From assembly GCA_028534125.1 (NCBI GenBank), contig CM052823.1:62682001-62746000 (forward strand): DNA of 64,000 nt, in the 5' to 3' direction. This stretch comes from Lama glama (taxonomy: Eukaryota). Numbering within the stretch: the stretch's first letter is position 1; every line of letters begins with the position of its first letter. This document shows positions 12,470-24,604 of the stretch, in pieces. Made by a program: the position numbers and the translations under genes. The notes beneath the pieces are model-generated. The model made no database searches and was not told where the DNA came from. It saw only the letters and a program-made list of their open reading frames with translations.

Positions 12470-12605
12470 GTGGGAGGGAATAGCTTAGTGGTAGAGTGCA
12501 TGCTTAACATGCATGAGGTCCTGGGTTCAATCCCCAGTACCTAGGTTAAAGTTAATAAATAAACAAACAAACAACCTCCTCCACCAAAAAAAAAAAATTA
12601 ACATT
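12470..12605 (+). mobile_element. tRNA-derived SINE (vic-1-like)
   Basis: TAGCTTAGTGG A box, GGTTCAATCCC B box, A tail; flanked by aaacccaag duplication. Confidence 0.85.
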
Positions 12606-13066
12606 AAACAAACCCAAGAGACCTGATCATGTTTTCCTGGGGACTCTCTTTTCTATTCCTTTTATCTGTCATGATTGGAAGTCCTTTCTTCTGAATTTTC
12701 TCCAGCAATTGAAGGATCCCCCTGGCCAACCTCCCCCCCAACCCCGCCTCAACCATCTAACAAAAGCCCTTCCTAGTTCAGTTGCAAGTGAACCACAAAT
12801 GCATTTTGGTCCAGCCTCTGCGTGCTGACCACTGCTGCTTGCTCCAATGGGCTCTCAGAGCCAAACAGCAGAATGGGAGGCTGGCCTCTCGGACACTGGT
12901 CCTGGGGCTGTGACCCTCAGGCCAGCTCCTGAGGAGTTTGCCGAGCCCTGCAAAGTCTAAGGAACTGTGTGGTGAAGGTGCCCTCAACTCTTCTGCCACC
13001 TGATACAATTCCCAGGGAAGGGAAATCAGCATGGCCACTCGGTGTGACCAGTGGCCTGTCCCTTAC

Positions 13067-13156
13067 CTTCTCCGTTAATGTCTTGAAAGGCCTGATCAAT
13101 GGATGTGTCTTCACATTTTCGTCCAGGGAAATGCCGTATTTCCATCCATTCTGACT
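13067..13156 (-). CDS. RYR3: RYR3 exon 15/24, 90 bp: SQNGWKYGISLDENVKTHPLIRPFKTLTEK
   Basis: ctacag|AGT acceptor, AAG|gtaagg donor. Confidence 0.96.
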
Positions 13157-13859
13157 CTGTAGAAATGTTCTCAGGTCAAATATCCTTGACACCCAGAGAG
13201 CCCTGCTCTGTGACCCAAATCCCAGCTTCTATTTTCACTGAATGAATGGAATAATGGAATGTGACAGAGCTTGAAAATTTCCCTCCAAAACGTCTGCCTG
13301 ATCCTTTCAGGCTGTCAGGCTCTCTGCCCCTGAATTTTGAACCCTGCTTCTGTATTTCTTCTTGTTTTAGAGTTTGTCCTCTCCACTTACTTGCTTGTGC
13401 TTCAGCGACAGAAGGATGCTCCAAAAGACCCGAGGGCAATGCTTTTCGGGTCAATGTGTCACAACCACAGGCAAGCACAGACGTCAAGGCTGAAGGCTTG
13501 TGTGCAGTGGACCTGCTGCCCACGGCACGGAGGAGGCTGATTTGGTTTGTGCCCCTTGCCCGCCAAGCCCAGAGCAAAATTGTAGCAACACATAGTTCTT
13601 AGAGTCATAGAAGTTTAAGAATTTCAAAAGCCATTCAACGAATATTGGTTGAATGCCTGCTACAGTCTGTGCCAGACTCTGCCTCAGGCCCTGTGGAGAC
13701 AGAGATAAGCCAGTGTCTCTGTTTCCCATAACCTCACAGCCCGAAGACTCCTGGCTGCCCCTCAGCCTCTGCCTCTGGCCACTGGTTAATGTGGCTGCTC
13801 CCCAGGTTGCTGTCCCTTCTCAACGCACACTTGCCCTGGGGGACGTAACTGAGGCCCAC

Positions 13860-14840
13860 GGTCCACAGTGGACTAATCTCAAAGCAGGATTTCCAGCCCA
13901 GATCTGTCTCCTCATTCCTCATTTCCATCCCTATGTAAGCTCTGCTTGGATGTCGATGGGCACCTCTCAGTATGTCTGAAACAGAACCTGGCTTTTTACT
14001 TCTCGAAGTCTCTTCTTCTTGGGTTCCCTGTATCTCCGTGAACAGCACCAGCTTGCCCTCACTTCCCAAGCCAGAAATGTGGGAACCTTGACACCCCCTT
14101 CTCTCTGCACCGGTTCACACATGTCCAACCTCCCAGATCTATCTGTCGGCCTCTACCTGGCTTGCCTGCCAGTGTTTTCATTCAGGCCACGATCAGCTTG
14201 CACCGGATTCCTGCAACAGCTTCCTGCGCGGCCTCCCTGCCTCCAGTCCCGTCATCCCTCAGGGATTCCACGTTCTACACCACTGTGAGGCGATCCTTAG
14301 AAAACACCCTGATCAGGGCACTCTGCTGTTGTTACCATTTTCTGACTCCCAGCAGCCATCACAGTAAAATCCAAACTCCTTCCAGCCTCTGCTGCTACAG
14401 TGAAGACCTTGCTGGCTTTTCTAGGCTCACCTCCTGCCCGCCTTCCCCTGCCCCACTCCATGGCCCCATCACACGCGACCACGCTTCCCTAAAGCCGCCA
14501 CACTCACATGCTCCTCGGGGGATGTGCCGGCTGCTCCCACAGCCCACAATGCACTTGCCTCCCTGTGCCCGCACAGCTGCCCAGCCTGTGCCTCATCCTG
14601 TGGGGCCAGCAGCTCAAGGACACATTCCTGGACCCCCACCACTGGGCCTGGACCCCTCGACCATGTGATTTGACCCTGTGTCCTGCCCACCACGTCACAG
14701 CACAAAAGGGATGATGGCTGGTTTATTTTGCTCCTCCCACAGCTTGTGAGGTCCTGGAGGGCGGGGGAAGGCACTCTTTTCCTTGTCCGATGACCACCTG
14801 GCAGTGCTGAGCGAACGTGAAGCTTCCAGTCTCGTGGAAG
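13860..14840 (+). mobile_element. LINE-2 fragment (GC-rich, degraded)
   Basis: ttggatgtc...acctc...aaacagaac...aaaatccaaactcctt...tgtgaggtcctggagggc...cctggcagtgc. Confidence 0.6.
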
Positions 14841-14929
14841 AGAGAGATTCATCAAACACCACGCCAGGAAACGCACAGTTGGTAACGGGTATAAATGTGT
14901 AACTGCTGTAAATACAACCAGAGTGCTAC

Positions 14930-15570
14930 AAATATACTGGGAAGGAGAAGAGGTAGGTGCTAAGAGGACCGCTCTCTGAGGAACCTGGGAAAGAGGAGTC
15001 CTAGGAATTCACACTTGGACGGATTTTGAAGGATGAATTGGTGAATGGTGTTTTCACATGTGTGAGTGCCAATGGTACCTGGGTCAGACAGGGGACAGAT
15101 TCAGGTGTGTGTGTGTGTGTGTGAAAGAGGGAGAGGGAATGAGCCCAAGAGAAGGGGAGGTGGCTGGAGGGCAGAGGGGGAAGAGAGAGTCGAGGCTAGA
15201 GATGGTAGCAGAGGCCAGATTAAGCAGTGCCCATTGGGCCATGTTAAGGATTTTGACCTTTACATGCAAATAATTAGAAGCTATTAAGGGACTGTAACAA
15301 GGAGAAGGGGCTGGGGTGGAGAACATGACCAGCTTGGCAGAATATGGCCACATTTGCATACTGAAACTATCACTTGCCGGCAGGGAGAGGAACAGGCTGG
15401 AGACTCTGCACGTGGGCAGATCAGCTAGAAGGTCACACAACTGTCCGGGCAAGAGGTGGCTGCAGCTTGGACTGAAACCGTGGCCCAGGGACAGAGAGAA
15501 CTAGGCAAGCTCAAGAGCGACCGAGGAGGTCAAATCCACGTGTCTCAGGGATGGACTGGGTATTGTGATG
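14930..15570 (-). mobile_element. LINE-2 fragment
   Basis: ggccatgttaaggattttgacctt...gaagctattaaggg pattern. Confidence 0.5.
15105..15123. repeat. (GT)9 microsatellite
   Basis: Direct read. Confidence 0.9.
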
Positions 15571-15657
15571 GATTCAAGCAGGTGCCCCTTTTCCTAATTC
15601 ACAGGCCGGCCAAGTGGGCATATATAAGGGGTGCTGAGAAAACACAGACGTTATAGA

Positions 15658-15880
15658 GCGAGAGTCTGCAAACTGTAGCCCTTGGGCCAAATCCAGTCAC
15701 TCTCCTGTTTTATAAATACAGTTTTACTGGCCCCTAGGCACACTCTCACCCCCGTGCTATCTACGGCAGCTTATGCGCTACAACAGCAGAGACGAGCAGC
15801 AGCAAAGGAGACTGTCCGGCCCACAAAGCCTAAAAGGTTTACTGTCTGGCCCTTTACAGAAAAAGCACACCGACCCCTGC
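15658..15880. mobile_element. MER58A-like hAT-Charlie MITE
   Basis: gcaaactgtagcccttgggccaaatcc...ggcccacaaagcctaaaa...tggccctttacagaaaaag...gacccctg. Confidence 0.8.
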
Positions 15881-16738
15881 TCTAGAATCACGAGGTATCA
15901 GTCCCTTCTACAGTCATAATGACGGTTGTTATCACGAGGCCCAAGTATGGCTCAGGGAAGAATAAGAGCAGAGTGCAGATCATTACAGAGGCTGAGCCAG
16001 GGCTTCAAGCTTCCCTCATCTGGGGAGCATCACATGGAGGTGGTTTCTTGCGGTGGAGCTGGGTCCATGGCTATGTGCTGTCAGCCGCAGCTGAGCAACG
16101 GCCCTGACGCTTAACTGGCTGCCCGCAGGAATCCTGGATGTCTTTGGCACACTCCTCCCCCTCTGCCTGCCAGCATAAAAGGGCTGACAGAGCAATTAAA
16201 CTTATTAAGCAGCCTGACCTCATGTGGTGAGGAATTTTAAACACCAGATGGAGAGGCTGATTAATAAGGGAGTGTCTGGAAGTTGTAGCGCCGCCTGCCA
16301 TAGGAAGACATGTGTCCTCCCCAGCTTCCTGGCAAGATGCAAGTTACGGCTTCCCATTTAATCTCCCCTTTTCCAATGCTCCATCCAAAGAAAAAAATTT
16401 AATACACGCCTCCGGCCCCGCGTTAAAGCATTTACGTCAGATACACGCAAGCACGTACTTGGGTGCAAACCCCAGGAAATGCGATGTTAAGAGACGTTAA
16501 CATCCCCAGAATCGGTCCTTTCCTTGAGAAACACAAAAAGCAGCACCAGCAGCTGCTGCTGCCTGTTTGTCCGACCTCCACCCACCCGGGGAAAATTGCT
16601 GCTCAGAAATAATGACTGCTCTCGGCACGACGAGTATGTCACCGAGACAAGCCAGGCAGATTTCCAAGACTGGACCCTTTAATGTTCTCGGGCTGGTTTT
16701 CTTCCCCTGACAATTGTCAGTTGGATGATAATCCCTAC

Positions 16739-16817
16739 CTTGTCACAGGCCCATTTATCATGTGAATGCTCCGCATACTTGGTGACGATGTATTCCAGTT
16801 TTTCAGGCAGGGAGAAA
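16739..16817 (-). CDS. RYR3: RYR3 exon 14/24, 79 bp: (N)FSLPEKLEYIVTKYAEHSHDKWACDK (RyR repeat 3)
   Basis: tcacag|T acceptor, AAG|gtaggg donor. Confidence 0.96.
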
Positions 16818-17299
16818 CTGTGAAATGAAGGGGGAAAAAAATTACAATCTCCCCAAGCACTGCAGCCAGATGTGACGAAAAGATGGGCTGAAACGTGATC
16901 AACCAGCTGACCCCAAACCTGAAGCTGAACTTCAGACAGAGCGACCTTCCTGAGCTCAAGGCGCGGCACATCCAGGACCGGGTCACAGGCACACCCACAG
17001 CTCATCAGAGGCCTGCAGGAGCCTCTCCTGCACAAGTGGCCTCCCCTCAGCTGCTCTGGGCTCCCTCGGCTGCTAAGAACCACTTCGGCTCCTGGGCCAG
17101 ACCTGTTCAGGTTAGGTGGTGAGAATCCCTTCATCCAAAGACACTGTCCTGCCATCATCTCACAGCTCTGATCTGGGAAAGGCAGAAACAGGCAGCTCGA
17201 GGACCAAATGATACAGAACAGCGCTTGTCTACCTTTTGGGGTTCAGTGACTTATGCTGAAATACAAGAATCATGGAAATCTAGCAGACACCTGTCGTTT

Positions 17300-17690
17300 C
17301 CGTCAGCCCCACAGTTTTGCCCCTTCTGTGGGCAATAGCGCCTCCACTTCCCTCTAAGGAACAAGTCTTCTTGCATTGCATGCAGTCTTCTGCGAACTGT
17401 CACTGAGGATGGGCTCTGACGAGGCCAAGCAGACTCACTCTCCCTGCAGTTGGAACACTGAGTCTCGCGAGACCAGGACAGCAAACTCTTCAGGGAGACT
17501 TGTCCGATGGGGACATCTGGACATTGTCCATTTGGTCGCTCTGTCTTGGTTCCTGTCCTTGCTGAGGCCTGCCTGGTCAGACTTTCCTTAGGTTTTGATC
17601 ATGACCCGATATCCTCGTAATAAAGTCCTCTTCTATTTAAGTTTGGGCCAGAGTCAGTCCCCACTATTCATGTTATTCAAAGAATCATAC
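17300..17690 (+). mobile_element. Possible ERVL LTR remnant (LTR16-like)
   Basis: ggttcctgtcctt...gaggcc...aataaagtcctcttctatttaag...ccagagtcagt 3' pattern. Confidence 0.4.
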
Positions 17691-18876
17691 TGCCGTCAGA
17701 GGTCTATCTAAGAAATCAGAACTCACAAAATAACACAGAACACATCATCATTAGCACACAGTTGCTAGAGTATCGTGCTGTCTTACAATGTTTAGAAAAA
17801 GCACCCAAATGATCACACTTTTGGCCGTCCTTCAGCATACTGCTGTTTTCACAGGGCGAAGTTCTCCAAAGTCAGTTCCTGCCCTCCGTTTGGCCCCAGC
17901 TCGGTGGTTTACCATACCCCTTACTTTCCTTCCAGCAGGTTCAATTCTCTTTCCCACCCTCCGCTCAGCTCAAGGCTCTGTCTGATGGAATGTGAACCTA
18001 ATTTTCCCAAAGACGAATTTTGCAGGTTATCAAAGCTGACAGCTCCTGGGAAGGGCGCAGGCTACGGCTGTCACCTGAGAACTCCTGCCATAAAACCAAA
18101 GTCAAAGGGGCTCCCATAGGATGCCTTCCTTACCTTGCCCTTTTGACAGCAGTGTTGAAGCTTTTCATTTAAAATGCAGCTGGAGATGAAGGCTGTATGC
18201 CCCGTGACCTAGAGTCATAATCGGGGCAGAGCTCCCAGAAGCCAAAAATCAGCCTTTGTTGCCTAATTCTTTGTCTGTGGCCAAATCATCGCCAGTGACA
18301 ATCAGGGGGAGAAACAGAAAGGCACTACTGCAGAATTATTCCAAAGATCCAGCCTCCCTTGGCACAGCAAAGAGCAGGTCCAGATTCTCAAATGAGGGAT
18401 CCCATGCTGTTCTGCCATCACACCCTGAAGCCTTGCCTGAGCTCAGCTGAGTGTTATTTATGGAGGTGTTCTGACGTATGAGGCTATTAGACCTACACAG
18501 GCCTGATTCACAAAGAGCAAAGACTTTATCAAAGAAACTCATCAACAAATTAATTGCATCATTTGTCAGGGTGGTTCTTCGAATGCCTCTGGCAACATTT
18601 ATCTTATCTTATAATAAATAAATCAACCCCACCCACCAAAAAAAAAAGCCCAGAATACAATAAGACAGTAGAGAATGAAGTATGCATGAAATAAACCATT
18701 GGAATTGAGGACAAAATCCAGTGCCTGATGTGACTTGTAGTGTCAGGGAAAAGGGTGAACAGTGTTGTTGGCAGGAGGGAAGGAAGGGGAGCTTAAGTTT
18801 CCTGCCACTTTGTGCAAGAGAAATGCTGGCCACTGGGCACAATGTAGAACCAGCTTAGAGATGATTCTGGACTCAC

Positions 18877-19040
18877 TTCACGGTGTTGATGGGTTTGGGG
18901 TCAAAGTTGCCATCAGCATCCACCGAGACCTGCTTCTCCAACGTGGCTGACATCCTGGTATCTAAGTAATCCGGTGGCAAGGCCCCGGCAATAGCGCTGA
19001 GACAAGGCAGGGCCATCCGGAAAAGATCTGAGTCATACCT
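18877..19040 (-). CDS. RYR3: RYR3 exon 13/24, 164 bp: [54 protein letters not shown]
   Basis: ccgcag|AGG acceptor, AA|gtgagt donor; conserved [10 protein letters not shown] and GNFDPKP motifs. Confidence 0.95.
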
Positions 19041-20216
19041 CTGCGGGAGACGAGAGCGAGCATGTTAGCAAGACACCAGAACCACGGCCACCAGGCAGAA
19101 CCCTTCACCAAGATGCTGGGAAAAAAATGCATGCCTTTGCCCAGGTGAACCAAAACCGGGAACGTGCAAGGCCTGTAATACGTTCCAGTGGAAACTGTCA
19201 CTTTCCTGTCACGGAAAGTGACAATCTAGGAGGCCCTCAAGTCACCGTTGGCTTTAGGCTAAAAAGCCTTAAATCAAGGTTTAAATCACCATCTCCCAAA
19301 GAGTTCACTGCGAGAATATCTAAAGGGTAAAGTGTTCCTCGCTAGATGATTATATAAGGGGATCCAGCCCGCAGCTGGGGCGGGACCGGCAGCTTTGAGG
19401 GGGTCACAGGCGGTGTCATCAGCCGACTGCTCGGGGTTACACCCATCCTCTCCCAAACCCAGACAAGAAGGAATTTCAGCCGGACGCACAGGATTAGGGA
19501 CAGCTTCCATCTGCTCGTACTCGACCAGAGGAACGTAAGAGTAAAGGACACTGAAGTGCAGGTGACTATCACACTGGAGCTACACACCCACTCCAGACTT
19601 CTGCAGGGAAACCAGACCCACTCATTTTCTCCCTTTAAAGCTGGTGAACCTTGAAAATCTAAATGTGGGTTCAGGGAAGTGGAGGCAAATGCGAGGGGGG
19701 CTGTATTCCAATCAGACTCCACAGCAAGGCTTGGGAGTCAGAAGCCCTCAGTCCTCCCTCAAACCAGTGGCCATGAAGAACCTCCCCCGGCCCCGAAGGA
19801 TGCAAGGTCTTCGATGAATCCTACATTCCAGCCTCAGGGCAGATGTCAGGACTTCCCTGGGCTTGAACCTGGTAAAGGCTGGCTAACAGGGGCCAAACAA
19901 TGTGAGTGGGAAGGGACAGGGGTGGGGGGAAGTTATCAAGACTGAAACCAGGAGACAGTTTTGTGATTTCCTCTGGAAGTCGCTCTCCATGCATCTGCTG
20001 CAAACTGCTCTTTCTCTTACCCCCGAGATGCGAAATGAGGGTTGGGGTAGTTCCTATTAGAGAGAGTCGGGGTAAGGGTGGCCATGATAGGCTTGTGACA
20101 TGCTCAGCACAGCTCCTGTCACGGGTGGACGCAGACGAGATACCCGCTATTCTTCCGTGCAGGTGCTTGGGTCACGGAGGTTGGGTCCCCTTTTGCTCAG
20201 GAAGCACTGCCGTTAC

Positions 20217-20357
20217 CTTATGGGACAGGGAGTCAAAAATCCCCCAGAAGAGCTTCTCTGTCAGGTGCAGCTCTTCCTCCACGGCCAGACCGTAGTTCCC
20301 CCAGCCCGAAGGCAGACAGTAATACTTCCAGCACTGCTCGTAGTGATTCGTCAGAAG
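20217..20357 (-). CDS. RYR3: RYR3 exon 12/24, 141 bp: [47 protein letters not shown]
   Basis: tcccag|CTT acceptor, AAG|gtaacg donor; read manually. Confidence 0.96.
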
Positions 20358-21984
20358 CTGGGAGGTTCGGACAGGTGCGCACCAGCGGGGTGGGGCAGAG
20401 ATGGTCCACAGGCACCAACAACACGCAGGGGAGAAGAAAACAGCGCGCAGCCATCAGGAGGGCGAAACCAACCATGGACACAGAGGCCCTCAAACACCCC
20501 TGGAATGGTCTGCACTCGCATCTGGTGAGTTCCAGCCTGAACAGAATCTGCCTGATTAATTCTCAGTACCTCCTAACATGCCCCTAGCAGTTCCTGGAAA
20601 ATGGAGAGAAACCGCTTCCATTCCAACTGAGAAAACGCTACCCTCTGGAAGTAGTCACCAGGTGCTGTCCCAGCCAGTCAGGGGTGCGGAGAATTTCTTC
20701 TGGGATCTTTGCCTGTAAATCTGGGAGATCCTGGTAATGCTGATATGGGAAGGGGATGGGGGGAGCACGCTGTGGGTCTGAAGATTTTCTCTGTATCGAT
20801 TACCGCCCCAGCTTCCCTGCCTTTGCCGTGAGCCTTCCCATGGCCCAGCCAAGCTACAGCAGTTCCCCACATGGCCAGTAGAGGGCACACGTACACTGCC
20901 AATGGTGCCATCCCAGCAAGTGGGAACCACCCGCTGATCTAAGGTGTAACAGTGAGCTTACTGACTGCCAATGACGATGCTTCTTTGGGAGCTGGAATCC
21001 CTGACAGCACAGGCCTGCCGAGGAAGCAATGCCAAGGTGAACTATGAAGAACTGCGGTTTTTATCTAAAGGACTTTTTGAGGATTAAAACTGGGAGTTTT
21101 AGTGAGGAAACGGGCCCGTGGAGGGCTGTGGAATCACACATGGGCTGTCTTCTGCCTGGCAGACTAAACTAAAGGCTCTGGGAATTCTGTTTCTCCCAGG
21201 AAAATGCTTCTGGAAATCCTTGCTTGGGTTCTTTCTGAAAAGAAGTTAAAGTTCTATTGAAATCACAGGGTAGAATTTTCAGGTATAGCTGGCCACGGCT
21301 GACTCTTTTTTGAGTAAGCAAATATGGCAGATGCCTCAGAGTTAAAAGACTCAAAACACTGCCCTCTGTGTGGGCAGGGCTGATTCTGGGTCCTTCAGGC
21401 CCAGGTGCTCCCAGACCTAGCAATAAAATGCTTGCAATTTTTGAGAAAATCAGGGATCAGGCAACAAGAGAGGGCTCTGTGGCCTTACTTCTCATCAATT
21501 AAAAAAATAAATAAATAAAAGAGAAAAGAAGGAAAAAACGTGAAAAATAGGATCTGTTATAAAAGGAAAAAAAAAGCAAACAGAGCATGGAATAGAAAAG
21601 GGACATTTTATATTCTGTACCTAAATGAATCACCATAGGGCCTTCAAAGATTTTTTTGAGACTGAAAAGGTCTGAAAACCTAATTAAGGCTGAAAAGCAT
21701 AAAATCCAAGTCCCCTCACTAACCTTGCCTAAATAACAAGGAATTGGTGGAAACTGATTAAGGAAAATTGGAGCAGTTAATGAACCCAGCAGATCTACTC
21801 TCTTCAGCCTGGACACTGAAGAAGGGGTTTGATTTGGGGGAGGGGGCTGTATCTAGTCAGCTATCAGCTTAAGGAGTAAAACCCATTTAAGGTGTATTTT
21901 GCTCCCCCAAGTGTGAAGATTGTGTTTGACGAGGCAGGTTTCCCGTGTCCTGGACTGCATCCTTGTAATGAGAGAGAGGTTTAC

Positions 21985-22075
21985 CTTCAGAGGCATTTTG
22001 CAGTATTCGTTGAGTTGCGGCACATCAAAAACTAGACGTCGCAGGAGCTGCTGTAACATGGAAGGCCTCAAGTGA
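21985..22075 (-). CDS. RYR3: RYR3 exon 11/24, 91 bp: (N)[30 protein letters not shown]
   Basis: ctgcag|T acceptor, AAG|gtaaac donor. Confidence 0.96.
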
Positions 22076-23429
22076 CTGCAGTGTGGAGTAAGAAAAACAG
22101 AGGGACAGAGCGAGAAAAAGGGAAGAAGAAAGAATGAAAGAAACACTCCGCAATAACCATCTACTAGAGTAAGCTTCAGGACAATTAGCTTCTACAACAC
22201 AAGATGTTGGGTAAACCACAGTCCATGACAGAACACTAAAAACTGAGGATGGTTAAAAATGCAGAAAGAGGGCCGTGGGGCTCATGACTTGAGATACACA
22301 AGGTTAAATTCCAGTCACCCTGTGACTAGGTGTTCCAAGGTCTACACGCACTCAAAATATAGCAGCTGATTAGGCGCAAAGAAATCTGTAACAGAAACAT
22401 TACACAACGGAGGTGTGGGTGATTTTAGAGCCTCCTCTGCAGACTGACCGCCTTCCCGAGCTCTGCCCAGAAGTTAGAGGTGACCCGCTGCACAGGTGGA
22501 ATCTGGGGCCACCTACTGGTGGGATCTGAAGGGGACGTGAGGCCTCTCAGTTACTGCCTGATCCCCGACATTCTCATTATTGAAATCATTTCTTTGGGTT
22601 AAGGCTTGGTCCTCAAACAACTTCTTTAAACAGCCAATTATGTAATTAGAGAATAACTGATCAAATTAACAAACAGTTCATGGCCTCGGTATTTGGTGCA
22701 AGTAAATTCTGAGAGACAGAGAAAGGAGAGAGAAGCAACGCTGACTTAGCCTTTGTTTTTAGATTGCCGAACCTTTTAAAACCTGGTAGAACACCTGGAT
22801 TCTGCCCAGAGAAAACACCCCTAGACACACAGTTTGGCCTGTAAGTGCAGTTCACGAATCCCTGAACTCCTTCCAGAGATGCCTAAGGCGCCATGGAGGC
22901 AAAGGCAGGGACTCTGACGTGGAATGTTGGAATCCAGGGAAGAAAGCCTTGGAGGCGTCGGCGACAAGCAGGGTGTCAGGGTGTAGGGCCTGATCATGGT
23001 AGAGGGTCTCAGGGAGAAACCCCTTTGATGGGCACTGGGTGGAGGCCCCCCTCTCACTCTCCACAGCCTCAGCACATAGGACTGTGCATGACACAGCTTG
23101 GCCCCGAAGTAGCTGAAGCCTGTGGGCCTTAAATAATAGAAAGCTAGCAGGTATAGGTTAACTTTAATACAGCATTTAAAATGAAAGGGCCGTTGTTACC
23201 TTTGAGATATAAATGCGAGGCTGCCTTTTAAGCTGATATTCTTAAAAGACCAATCAATTGCTTTTCTTCTCGGCAGCCCGGGCCCCCATGACGTAGTCAT
23301 CTCTTGTGCGACTAGTGAACTAGCCACTCAACAAGAATCAGGACCAGACCCAGCTGCCTGCTAAAGGGGGTGATGCCTGCTGGTCCTGTCTCCCGGACCG
23401 CCTGGAGCAGCGGCTCTTGTCTTGGCTCC

Positions 23430-23770
23430 ATCATGGTATCATCTGAGGGAGTTTCAAAAGCTAGAGGCCTGCCTCTCACCCCGAAAGATTGTGGTTTTTT
23501 AGGCTGAGGTGTGGCCTGGACACTAGGGTATTCATTTAGTAGCTCCCCAGGTGATTCTTTTCTTGGGGGTTCTGTTTTTTCTTTCCCTGTTTCCTTGTTT
23601 TTTGGGGGAAGGTAACAGGATTTATTTTTGTTTTATTTATTTTTTAATAGAGGTTACTAGGGGTTGAACCCACGACTTCCTGCACGCTAGACTTGCACTC
23701 TGCCACTGAGCTATACCGGCCCCCCCACCCCCGGTGATTCTAACACGCAGCTGAGCTGTAAAACCACTGG
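23430..23770. mobile_element. MER5-like hAT-Charlie MITE split by a SINE
   Basis: agctccccaggtgattct|aacacgcagc...aaaccactg. Confidence 0.65.
23560..23728 (-). mobile_element. tRNA-derived SINE (vic-1-like, more diverged) nested in a MER5-like element
   Basis: Reverse-complement head (ccactgagctatac), T-rich tail; ggtgattct duplicated at 23550-23558 and 23733-23741. Confidence 0.8.
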
Positions 23771-24383
23771 CTTAAGACAGCAGGTCCTGGTCCTGGCCTG
23801 CACTGCTGAGACCTGCCATTGGAGGAGCCCTTTGACTGGCCTGGTTTTCGGATGATCCAGGCTCCTGGAGCGACTTTACCCCCTGTCCTTGCCTGGCTCT
23901 GATGCCCGTCTGCAGCGGTGGAAACTACTGCCTGTAATTCCCCACTGGGACTGGTGACTCTGTCTTTCCTTCACTCCAGGTCTCGAGGGGCCTGGAGGTG
24001 GGTTGCTTTGATTCACACTTTTAGGATCTGGCCTCTGTGTAAAGGTCCACTCACCGAGAAGGGGAAAATCTGCTTCTGGCTTTATTTTAGGAACTGAAGT
24101 ATTAGTTCTTAATCTGAATACTTCAGGCCTGAAGCCAGTCTCATCCCCCGGCCCATCAGCCCTCAGGGCCGGAGGCTGCGCTGTGCCCCCACTTACCCAC
24201 CGTGAGACATGAGCCTCAAAAGAGAGGGGACCAGAAAGAGCCTGCGGCAAAGAGGGGACCCAGCACATCCTAAGGGGCTGAGCGTATTCTCAAACTAGAT
24301 TGATCAGGTTCTAAATGACACAACGAAAGGAGGCGGATGTGGACGTGTACACAGAAGTGAAAGACGTGGCAGCGGGTACTTAC

Positions 24384-24604
24384 TTGCAGATGGCAAGCAA
24401 ACATTGCTCGATGGTGTCCCTCTGAGCTTTGGTGAGGGAACGGCCCTTGGAAAGCCTGTAGATGGTCTGCAGCGTAGAATCGATCAAAGAGGTGTAGTGC
24501 TCTGTTCCGGCAAAGAGCGGGGCGCACCGTGTGAGGAGGGGGAGCACGGCCGAGCAGAGGTACCTGTTCAGCGCCAGCGCGGCCTCTGTGGTGCTCAGGG
24601 CAAC
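24384..24604 (-). CDS. RYR3: RYR3 exon 10/24, 221 bp: [73 protein letters not shown]
   Basis: tcgtag|GTT acceptor, AA|gtaagt donor; read manually. Confidence 0.96.

Noticed and set aside
12470-12545. tRNA-like sequences with A and B boxes (five copies)
   Set aside because: They have A-rich tails, TSDs and mutual divergence, so they are SINEs rather than tRNA genes.
16707-16720. Perfect 14-bp palindrome CTGACAATTGTCAG near a donor site; also an 8-bp-stem hairpin at 9320-9340
   Set aside because: About four 14-bp palindromes are expected by chance in 64 kb (64000/4^7); no further structure.
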